15,345 nt of DNA from Candidatus Nanopusillus sp. (lineage in GTDB: Archaea > Nanobdellota > Nanobdellia > Nanobdellales > Nanobdellaceae): assembly GCA_036845085.1 (NCBI GenBank), contig DAIUEN010000006.1:5119-20463 (forward strand), in the 5' to 3' direction. Positions 1 through 6,472 of the stretch are shown one piece after another (the first letter of the stretch is position 1; every line of letters begins with the position of its first letter). The notes below the pieces were generated by a model. It made no database searches. It was not told the origin of the DNA and worked only from the letters and a program-made list of their open reading frames with translations. The position numbers and the translations under genes were made by a program.

Positions 1-166
1 CACCACAACAACAAAAAGATCCTTTTATGCAGACACAACCAGTGCAACAACAGAATGTTGCAGATCCTTTTGCACAATTTTATGGAAATCAGCAACAGAG
101 TTTTCCACTAGCACCACAACAACAAAAAGATCCTTTTATGCAGACACAACCAGTGCAACAACAGAA
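1..166 (+). repeat. Intragenic direct repeat: identical 55-nt copies at 1-55 and 112-166, period 111 nt = 37 codons
   Basis: Base-by-base comparison gives caccacaacaacaaaaagatccttttatgcagacacaaccagtgcaacaacagaa in both copies, with divergence immediately after. Copy 1 touches the window edge, so the repeat may continue upstream. Confidence 0.95.
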
Positions 167-509
167 CAATCCGCTCCTTCCACCAGCTCAACCACAAGCG
201 CAATTACAAAATAAACTAATTGAACAACAAGTTACACCAAAAACTATAAAAGAAGAAAAAACAAATAAGATCAAAGAAACTGAAAAAGTTAAAACAGAGG
301 TAAGAAAAGAGATATATATAAAAATAGAAGATTATAAAAAGTTAAAAGAGTTATTAGATAACTTAAAATCAAACTTCACTGAAATAGAAAAAAGACTATT
401 AGAAATAAAAGAAAGAGAAAGTAAAAAATTAGAAGACTTAAAGGTAGCTAGAGAAAAGCTAGAAGAGGCGAAGAATCAGATAAATGAAGCATTGGACCTA
501 TTAGAATAA
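3..509 (+). CDS. Hypothetical protein, 5'-truncated by the window edge; Gln/Pro-rich repeat region followed by a Lys/Glu-rich coiled-coil-like tail
   Basis: The frame is open from position 3: codons from 3 read PQQQKDPFM, identical to the internal copy. The ATG at 27 is therefore probably internal. The N-terminal part is Q/P-rich with three DPF motifs. The C-terminal ~90 aa are K/E/L-rich with a heptad-like pattern (EDYKKLKELLDNLKSNFTEIEKRLLEIKERESKKLEDLKVAREKLEEAKNQINEALDLLE). I recognise no catalytic motif. Confidence 0.55.
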   Translation, partial: PQQQKDPFMQTQPVQQQNVADPFAQFYGNQQQSFPLAPQQQKDPFMQTQPVQQQNNPLLPPAQPQAQLQNKLIEQQVTPKTIKEEKTNKIKETEKVKTEVRKEIYIKIEDYKKLKELLDNLKSNFTEIEKRLLEIKERESKKLEDLKVAREKLEEAKNQINEALDLLE

Positions 510-510
510 A

Positions 511-518
511 ATTTAAAA
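511..518 (+). promoter_or_regulatory. Candidate TATA box (atttaaaa) upstream of tRNA-Gly
   Basis: It shares the ATTTAAA core with the other candidate promoters in the window. Its first base lies 35 nt upstream of the tRNA 5' end. The AT-rich background makes chance matches likely. Confidence 0.35.
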
Positions 519-545
519 GTAAAATGAACGAAAAATATAGAAATA

Positions 546-616
546 GCGCCAGTAGTCTAGTGGTAGGATGCGGGCCTGCCTAGCCCGTGACCCGGGTTCG
601 AATCCCGGCTGGCGCA
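546..616 (+). tRNA. tRNA-Gly (anticodon GCC), 71 nt, no intron, CCA not encoded
   Basis: The manual cloverleaf has acceptor GCGCCAG/CTGGCGC, anticodon stem CGGGC/GCCCG, anticodon loop CUGCCUA, T arm CCGGG-TTCGAAT-CCCGG, a 4-nt variable loop and discriminator A. Position 37 reads as U, which is atypical. The sequence after the discriminator is taa, not cca. Confidence 0.9.
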
Positions 617-625
617 TAAATTAAA

Positions 626-1075
626 ATGGCAGAAGATTATGTATATGTTGGTATTTCAAATCCACACATAATTAAAAGGAAACTTTTAATAGCAAAAAGA
701 GAGATATACATAAGATTATACAAGATACTAAAAGAAATTAGAGATCATGAAAAGAATCTCAATATTATAAATAACTTAATAAATAGAGTAAACGTAACTT
801 TAAACTTAATAAAGGAGATTGAAGAACTATTGCCAAATGTTGATACAGAAAAAATAGAAGAAGAAAACCTAATAAAGTATAAACAAACAAAGAAAGAATC
901 ATTGGTTGAGGAAATAGATATAAAACCAAAAAAGAGGAAAAGAAAATCTAAAGAAACAGACACAAATATTCAACAAGCAAATAATGGAAATATCAGCATA
1001 AAAGAATACGTTGACAAAATAACAGAAGAATTAAAAGAGCTTCAAGAAGAACTAAAAAGGCTTTTACAATCTTAA
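626..1075 (+). CDS. Hypothetical small coiled-coil-like protein with a basic KPKKRKRKSK tract
   Basis: This 149-aa ATG-initiated ORF fills the whole space between tRNA-Gly and RNase Z. It is K/E/I/N-rich with no recognised domain. Its start is only 9 nt after the tRNA discriminator. The coding call rests mainly on ORF length in a stop-rich AT background. Confidence 0.5.
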   Translation: MAEDYVYVGISNPHIIKRKLLIAKREIYIRLYKILKEIRDHEKNLNIINNLINRVNVTLNLIKEIEELLPNVDTEKIEEENLIKYKQTKKESLVEEIDIKPKKRKRKSKETDTNIQQANNGNISIKEYVDKITEELKELQEELKRLLQS

Positions 1076-2017
1076 AATTTTTCCAGATTTATCATCAAAA
1101 TAATAAACTTTATCCCTAATAAAAATTTTATTTTTGTTAATAATTATTTTATCAAAGTCTTTTAGTATATAAATATTATCTTTTTCAACCTTATTTCTTA
1201 TATTTTCCAATTCTTTTTCATATCTCTGACTAATATGTGTTAAAAGAAGAATATCTGAATTACTTTTTTCAAATAATTCAACAACTTCTAAAAAGTCCAT
1301 ATGATAATGTTTTTTAGCTAATTCTGGTTGAAAAAAGAAAGTAGATTCTGAAATTAATATATTACTATTTTCTGCAAATTTTACAAGATTATCAAAATAT
1401 ATAGTATCTGTAATATAGGTTATTTTTATTCCCTTTCTTAAATAACCAAAATAGGTATAATCTAATTCTCTTCTTCCAACATTTATTTTTTGTCCAGACT
1501 TTAATTTTTTAATTTGGTCTATAGATAAACCATATTCTTTAATTTTTTCTTTTTCTAGTTTTATTTTATCTTTTTCCTTAAAATAATAAGAATACGCAAC
1601 TATAGAATGCTTATTCTCTATACCGAATATTTCAAAATCTTCAGTTTCTACAATCTTTCCACTTTTCGCATAAATAATATTGACTTCAAAATTTAGTTCT
1701 ATATTAAAACCTTTTAATATTTGATAAAAATTATCCTCATATTCCTTAGGAATAACAATATTAAGTCTTCTATTGTATTCCATATTATTCAAGCTAAATA
1801 AAATTCCAGGGAGTCCTAAAACATGATCTCCATGCCAATGAGTAATAAATACATAATCTATGTCTGTAGGAGATAGATCCATGATTTTAAATTGCCTTTG
1901 AGTATTTTCTCCACAATCAAACAAAAGTCCATATTTTTGATATTTCATAAAGATTGCTGGATGATTTCTATCTTTTGTAGGAAAAGTTCCAGAAGTACCT
2001 AGTATATATATATCCAT
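1064..2017 (-). CDS. rnz: Ribonuclease Z (tRNA 3' endonuclease), metallo-beta-lactamase fold
   Basis: The N-terminus ILGTSGTFPTKDRNHPAIF...LLFDCGENTQRQF, the HxHxDH motif ITHWHGDHVLGLPGIL and the C-terminal LLTHISQRY are all characteristic of short-form RNase Z. The 317-aa length fits. Confidence 0.85.
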   Translation of the reverse strand: MDIYILGTSGTFPTKDRNHPAIFMKYQKYGLLFDCGENTQRQFKIMDLSPTDIDYVFITHWHGDHVLGLPGILFSLNNMEYNRRLNIVIPKEYEDNFYQILKGFNIELNFEVNIIYAKSGKIVETEDFEIFGIENKHSIVAYSYYFKEKDKIKLEKEKIKEYGLSIDQIKKLKSGQKINVGRRELDYTYFGYLRKGIKITYITDTIYFDNLVKFAENSNILISESTFFFQPELAKKHYHMDFLEVVELFEKSNSDILLLTHISQRYEKELENIRNKVEKDNIYILKDFDKIIINKNKIFIRDKVYYFDDKSGKILRL

Positions 2018-2018
2018 A

Positions 2019-3143
2019 TTATACTTTCCAATTTTTAATAGGAGCCCTTTCGAATATTAAATAATACAAAAAGTTATATATAAGAGCTATATCATATAAT
2101 AGCACATAAAAAGTAACAAAAAGAAGATAATATACCAGGTTGAATACTTTTTTTCTTTTTATAGCATCCAGAACTAATATAAAAATAAACTGTGTAAATA
2201 TGAGAGCTAAAATTGAGAAAATAAAGTATAAAAATCGATATATATCAAAAGGAGAAAATACTAACAGATATATTGGGCTTAATCCCACCATCGAATTATA
2301 TAAATTACTTCCAATTACATATATATAGTTTATAGGTAAAAATATTAATAAATAAAGCCAAAAAATAAAAGGTATCGAAATAATACCTATAAAAGATATT
2401 ATCAATAATGGATATCTAACAGATATTTCCACAATATCTTTAAAATGATAATTAATCACTTCGATTATAGAAAAAGTCCATCTAATTTTTTGACTAATTA
2501 GCTGACTTAAATTATCTAAGGGTTTTATACTAACAAAGATTGCATCAGATACCTTTATTCTTCCTTTAACACCCATAACTTTTAAGCATAAATCTATATC
2601 CTCTACATATACTTTACTATATCCTCCAACTTTTTCCCAGACATCTCTTTTTATTGCAAAGGCGCCACCATTCATTGTTATACTCTTTTTATATTTATTT
2701 ACAAAATATCCTATATATTGATAATATAACATATATTCCATATACATGACTTTTCCAATCCAATTAGAAGGAAGAATTTCTTTATAAAAATCTAGTATAT
2801 CTACTTCTTCTAATTCATTTACCAACTTATATAAGTCTATTTTTTCTATTTTAGCATCAGAATCTACAGAAATAATTATATCACCGGTTGAATATCTTAA
2901 ATCTTCCATTGTAGCATTTACTTTACCCCTTCTTACATAGGATATAACTATCTTTACGTTTTTAAAGTTTTTAAGAATATCTAAGGCTTTTTTAAAATCT
3001 TCTTCTGGCATATCTATAGAAATAATTATTTCTTTTAATTCTGAAGGATACTTATCTTCTAATATTTTTTGAATATTATGGATTAGGTATTCACTTTTTT
3101 TATATATTGGAAAAATAAATGTTATTTTTGGTAGTTGCTTCAT
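2019..3143 (-). CDS. Family 2 glycosyltransferase with a C-terminal multi-pass membrane domain; processive-type D,D,D,QxxRW signature
   Basis: The N-terminal GT-A features are FIFPIYKKSEYL, RRGKVNA, the DxD-like VDSDA, GGAFAIKR, VEDIDL and QKIRW. The C-terminal ~130 aa are highly hydrophobic, with several predicted TM helices. Confidence 0.7.
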   Translation of the reverse strand: MKQLPKITFIFPIYKKSEYLIHNIQKILEDKYPSELKEIIISIDMPEEDFKKALDILKNFKNVKIVISYVRRGKVNATMEDLRYSTGDIIISVDSDAKIEKIDLYKLVNELEEVDILDFYKEILPSNWIGKVMYMEYMLYYQYIGYFVNKYKKSITMNGGAFAIKRDVWEKVGGYSKVYVEDIDLCLKVMGVKGRIKVSDAIFVSIKPLDNLSQLISQKIRWTFSIIEVINYHFKDIVEISVRYPLLIISFIGIISIPFIFWLYLLIFLPINYIYVIGSNLYNSMVGLSPIYLLVFSPFDIYRFLYFIFSILALIFTQFIFILVLDAIKRKKVFNLVYYLLFVTFYVLLYDIALIYNFLYYLIFERAPIKNWKV

Positions 3144-3150
3144 TTAAATA
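3142..3150 (+). promoter_or_regulatory. Candidate TATA box (atttaaata) for the C/D box sRNA candidate
   Basis: The ATTTAAA core has its first base 31 nt upstream of the C box start (3173). This is the same spacing as the TATA-to-5'-end spacing at tRNA-Arg. The box overlaps the GT2 start codon on the opposite strand. Confidence 0.4.
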
Positions 3151-3165
3151 TATCTTAGTAAAAAT

Positions 3166-3173
3166 ATTTATAA
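3166..3173 (-). promoter_or_regulatory. Candidate TATA box (minus-strand ttataaat) for the GT2 gene
   Basis: It occupies -30..-23 relative to the GT2 ATG at 3143, consistent with a leaderless transcript and matching other genes in the window. Confidence 0.4.
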
Positions 3174-3223
3174 TGATGTAGGGTCAGAGTTGCTGACTAA
3201 TGATGATGTTCAGATACCGCTGA
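3173..3223 (+). ncRNA. Candidate C/D box sRNA (2'-O-methylation guide), ~51 nt
   Basis: The layout in order is as follows:
- C box AUGAUGU at 3173-3179, 6/7 to RUGAUGA.
- A 13-nt spacer at 3180-3192.
- D' box CUGA at 3193-3196.
- A 3-nt loop, cua.
- C' box AUGAUGA at 3200-3206, a perfect match.
- A 13-nt spacer at 3207-3219.
- D box CUGA at 3220-3223, followed by T5.

The U at C-box position 7 can wobble-pair with the G that precedes the D box. Of the RUGAUGA-like sites I spotted by eye on either strand, this is the only one with correctly spaced CUGA boxes. Confidence 0.6.
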
Positions 3224-5749
3224 TTTTTCTACCTTATATAATATCATTAATATAATATAGAAATATATAGTTTCTATTATATATATACCCAAGTTAAATA
3301 ACGTTGGTAATGATAACTTAGATAAAGCATTCAAAGCCGGTAAAGTAAATATTAATAATATAATAACTGCTATGATTAAAGATATGTAATAATTTTTCGA
3401 GCTAGTAAAATCTATCTTATATTTCTTCTGATAATATATGTATAAAACATATTGAGATGTCATTAAAAACAACATGGTTGAAAATGAATCGTAATTTGTA
3501 GCTAGTGATACAGTCAATGATGTTATCCCAATAAATATAGAATTTCTTAATAATTCAAATACAAAATTTTTGTCGATTATACGAACAAACTTTTCTTTTA
3601 AAACTTTTTCATCCATGATTTTACCTTCTCCCACAAGCAAAGATGTTAAGGTTTCTATAACTAAGTTCAAAATTAATATCTGTATTGCAGTAAAAGTTAT
3701 AGAATCATATATAAAATAGTTAATGGTAACTAAAATAAAAGCACCAAACATAGCAGAAACCATAACTAATAAGTAAGTTTTCAAAACAAATATTACTCTT
3801 TTACCTTCTTCTATTAGGTGCAATACTGCCGATAAACTATTATCCATTAAAATTACATTTGCGGACTCTTTAGCAATATCTGTAGCAGAGAATAAACTGA
3901 CCCCTACATGAGCAGATTTCAAAGATATTGCATCGTTCATGCCATCACCAATAAACATAACTTTCTTTCCATATTTTTTGAACAAATTTACAACTCTGTA
4001 CTTATCATATGGATCTGCCCTAGCTATAATCTTTACTTTCTGAAGTTTAGCATATAACTCTTCATCAGACATTTTCTTTATTTCTTCCCCCATCAAAAAT
4101 TCGGTATTCATTCCTACTTTATTAGCTACAAATTGGCAAACAAAAGGATCATCTCCACTTAATATATAAAAATCTACATCTAATTCTTTTATTTTTTCAT
4201 AACTTTCCTTAAGGTTTTCTCTTATAGGATCTTCTAAAATTAAAAATCCTAAAAATATCAAATTTTTTTCATCTTTATCAATATCAAAACTTTCTTTGTA
4301 GGCAAAGGCTATTATTTTATAACCACTTTTGGATAATTTTTCATTTAAATTTAATATATGATCTTTATATATCTCTATCTTCTCTATCTTATTATTTATA
4401 AATATGTAAGAACATGAATTAAGTACAGATCTTAAAGCCCCTCTCTGTATTAAAACGTATTTATTGTCTTTTTTTATTATAACAGAAGAAGATTTTTTAA
4501 AAGGATCAAAATATCTAACATTAATCTTTTCATGTAGATTTAATTGTTCATTACTGGATATATTATATATAGCTTTATCAACAGGATCAAAAAAGTGACC
4601 TTCTAACAAATTAACTTTATCCAGTGTATTATATATATACTCTAAGAAGTTTATGTATTCTTTTTTATCGACGAAAAAATTCTCTCTCAATACTTGATTA
4701 TCTTTTATAGTGTATAATAATCCATTATAATAAAAACCCGAAACTACTAGGGAATTATGAGTCAAAGTCCCTGTTTTATCTGATAAAATTACTTCTACAT
4801 GACCTATATCTTCCATAACTTTTGGACTTTTTACAAATACATTCTTTTTTCGTAGTTTATCCAAACTTAAGGTATATATCAATATCAATGCTATTGGTAA
4901 TCCTTCAGGAATCATTAATAAAGTTAAAGCAATAGAAAATATTATTGCATCTATTATAGTAAATGTATGTTTCAATATTGTAGCTATGAATATGAATAAA
5001 ATAGATATCGAAATAATTATAGAAACTGTACCAGCAAATTTATCGATCTCTTTCTGAAGATCTGTCTTTTCTAGTTTTTCTTCTTTTAATTTTTTATACA
5101 ATTTTCCAAAATATGTATTTAAACCTGTTTCTACCACAACACCAAGACAATATCCTTTGAGTATGAAAGTATTTGAAAATAGCATATTAGACATATTGCT
5201 TATAGGAACGTTTTCTGGTAAAACAGTATTATATTTATGTACTGGCTCTGATTCTCCAGTTAAAGAACTTTCATCAACTAAAAGATCCTCCGACTCTATT
5301 ATACGAATATCTGCAGGTACTTTCTCCCCATATCTTAATATTATTATATCTCCTGGAACTAAATCCTCAGAATTAACAATAACTTTCTTTCCGTTCCGGA
5401 TGACCAAACATTTTTTTTCTAAACTTTTTTCTAAACTTTTTATAACCTTTATTGATCTATATTGCTGATATAAATCAAATAAAATATATATAAATACAAA
5501 AGACAAAATGAAGATCCCTTCATAAAACCCTTTAAATATAAAAGATAAAACTGCAGCAAATACAAACATAAGCAAAAATTTGTTTTTAAATTCTTCTATT
5601 AACACATCTAAAAATTCATTTCTTCCTTCTATTTTATTTTTTCCATATTTTTTTAGTTTCTGTAAATATTCATCTTCTTTTAGACCATCTTTAGAAGTAT
5701 TTAATTCTTTAAATATCTCTTCTATGGTCATAGAATGCCATTTACTCAT
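3197..5749 (-). CDS. Cation-transporting P-type ATPase (P2-type-like)
   Basis: The diagnostic motifs are TGES (SLTGESEPV), PEGLP in TM4 (IPEGLPIAL), the phosphorylation site SDKTGTLTHN, the hinge FIGDGMNDAISL, and an N-terminal cation-ATPase domain (HSMTIEEIFKELNTSKDGLKEDEYLQKLKKYGKNKI). TM6-like NLVIET resembles the SERCA-type ion-site region. Ion specificity cannot be read from sequence alone. The C-terminus ends in SEHHH. Confidence 0.9.
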   Translation of the reverse strand: MSKWHSMTIEEIFKELNTSKDGLKEDEYLQKLKKYGKNKIEGRNEFLDVLIEEFKNKFLLMFVFAAVLSFIFKGFYEGIFILSFVFIYILFDLYQQYRSIKVIKSLEKSLEKKCLVIRNGKKVIVNSEDLVPGDIIILRYGEKVPADIRIIESEDLLVDESSLTGESEPVHKYNTVLPENVPISNMSNMLFSNTFILKGYCLGVVVETGLNTYFGKLYKKLKEEKLEKTDLQKEIDKFAGTVSIIISISILFIFIATILKHTFTIIDAIIFSIALTLLMIPEGLPIALILIYTLSLDKLRKKNVFVKSPKVMEDIGHVEVILSDKTGTLTHNSLVVSGFYYNGLLYTIKDNQVLRENFFVDKKEYINFLEYIYNTLDKVNLLEGHFFDPVDKAIYNISSNEQLNLHEKINVRYFDPFKKSSSVIIKKDNKYVLIQRGALRSVLNSCSYIFINNKIEKIEIYKDHILNLNEKLSKSGYKIIAFAYKESFDIDKDEKNLIFLGFLILEDPIRENLKESYEKIKELDVDFYILSGDDPFVCQFVANKVGMNTEFLMGEEIKKMSDEELYAKLQKVKIIARADPYDKYRVVNLFKKYGKKVMFIGDGMNDAISLKSAHVGVSLFSATDIAKESANVILMDNSLSAVLHLIEEGKRVIFVLKTYLLVMVSAMFGAFILVTINYFIYDSITFTAIQILILNLVIETLTSLLVGEGKIMDEKVLKEKFVRIIDKNFVFELLRNSIFIGITSLTVSLATNYDSFSTMLFLMTSQYVLYIYYQKKYKIDFTSSKNYYISLIIAVIILLIFTLPALNALSKLSLPTLFNLGIYIIETIYFYIILMILYKVEKSAVSEHHH
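3224..3228 (+). terminator. Oligo-T (T5) tract directly after the D box
   Basis: The sequence ttttt immediately follows the CUGA D box. Archaeal RNA polymerase terminates at oligo-T tracts. Confidence 0.4.
5419..5442 (-). repeat. In-frame tandem 12-nt duplication inside the ATPase gene (KSLEKSLEK)
   Basis: ctaaactttttt is followed by ctaaacttttta, matching at 11 of 12 positions. It translates on the minus strand to the repeated SLEK. Confidence 0.8.
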
Positions 5750-5770
5750 TTTTAATTACTCTATATTAAA

Positions 5771-5778
5771 ATTTAAAT
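5771..5778. promoter_or_regulatory. Palindromic TATA-like box ATTTAAAT, central in the 51-bp divergent intergenic region between the ATPase and tpiA
   Basis: ATTTAAAT is its own reverse complement. It lies at -30..-23 from the tpiA ATG (5801) and at -29..-22 from the ATPase ATG (5749). The gap has little room for two separate promoters. Confidence 0.45.
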
Positions 5779-5800
5779 ATATTAAACAGCATTTTTAATT

Positions 5801-6472
5801 ATGATGATAGTAATAAATTTAAAGGCCTACGAAGAGGTAATAGGAAAAAAGGGGTTACTTCTATTAGAAGCTGCTGAAAAAATTTATGAAGAATATAATA
5901 TTAAGATAATATTAGCACCACAGCCGACTGATATTTTCCTTTTAGCACAAAATGCTAGAAATGTAAAAATATTCGCACAACATATAGATCCAATACTTCC
6001 CGGAGCTCATACAGGACATATACTAGCAAAAGCTGTAAAAGAAGCAGGGGCACATGGTACAATAATTAATCATTCTGAAAAACAATTAAAAATCTCAGAT
6101 ATTGAAAAAATAATAAATATTGGAAAAGAAATAAACTTAGAAATTTTAGCATGTGCAAATAATCCTATAGTAGGAGCTGCTATATCAAAGTTTGATCCAG
6201 AATATATTGCAATAGAACCTCCAGAATTAATAGGAACTGGTATATCTTTAGCAAAAATAAAGCCAGAAATAATAACAAAATCTGTTGAAATTATAAAATC
6301 TACAAATAGTAGACCAAAAATACTAATTGGAGCTGGAATAAGTGATAAAGAAGATGTAGAAAAATCCATTAGGTATGGAGCAGAAGGTGTTTTATTATCA
6401 TCGTCAGTTGTAAAAGCCAAAGATTTTTATGAGAAACTAAAAAATCTAGCAGAGGGTTTCAAATTGTATTAG
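5801..6472 (+). CDS. tpiA: Triosephosphate isomerase, archaeal short type
   Basis: The 223-aa length matches archaeal TIM. Motifs are VINLKAY, GTIINHSE, IAIEPPELIGTG and ILIGAGIS. Confidence 0.9.
   Translation: MMIVINLKAYEEVIGKKGLLLLEAAEKIYEEYNIKIILAPQPTDIFLLAQNARNVKIFAQHIDPILPGAHTGHILAKAVKEAGAHGTIINHSEKQLKISDIEKIINIGKEINLEILACANNPIVGAAISKFDPEYIAIEPPELIGTGISLAKIKPEIITKSVEIIKSTNSRPKILIGAGISDKEDVEKSIRYGAEGVLLSSSVVKAKDFYEKLKNLAEGFKLY

Noticed and set aside
546-616. Pyrimidine (U) at position 37 of tRNA-Gly as evidence for a pseudo-tRNA or a mis-assigned anticodon
   Set aside because: All four stems pair perfectly or with standard wobbles. The T loop and D loop are canonical, and no alternative register gives a 7-nt loop with U33. 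I keep it as a functional tRNA-Gly(GCC) and merely note the atypical base.
931-960. KPKKRKRKSK tract resembling a eukaryotic monopartite nuclear localisation signal, and DPF motifs (1-170) resembling eukaryotic adaptor-binding motifs
   Set aside because: An archaeal host provides no context for an NLS or clathrin-adaptor function. Basic tracts are easily generated by AAA/AGA-rich AT-biased coding. Both are treated as compositional features only.
5801-5807. AUGAUGA at the tpiA start, plus other C-box-like heptamers such as 6621-6627(-), 7848-7854(-), 11102-11108(+) and 11949-11955(+), as possible additional C/D box sRNAs
   Set aside because: None has a CUGA box at ~12-13 nt or a second C'/D pair at appropriate spacing. 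All lie inside well-supported coding sequence.
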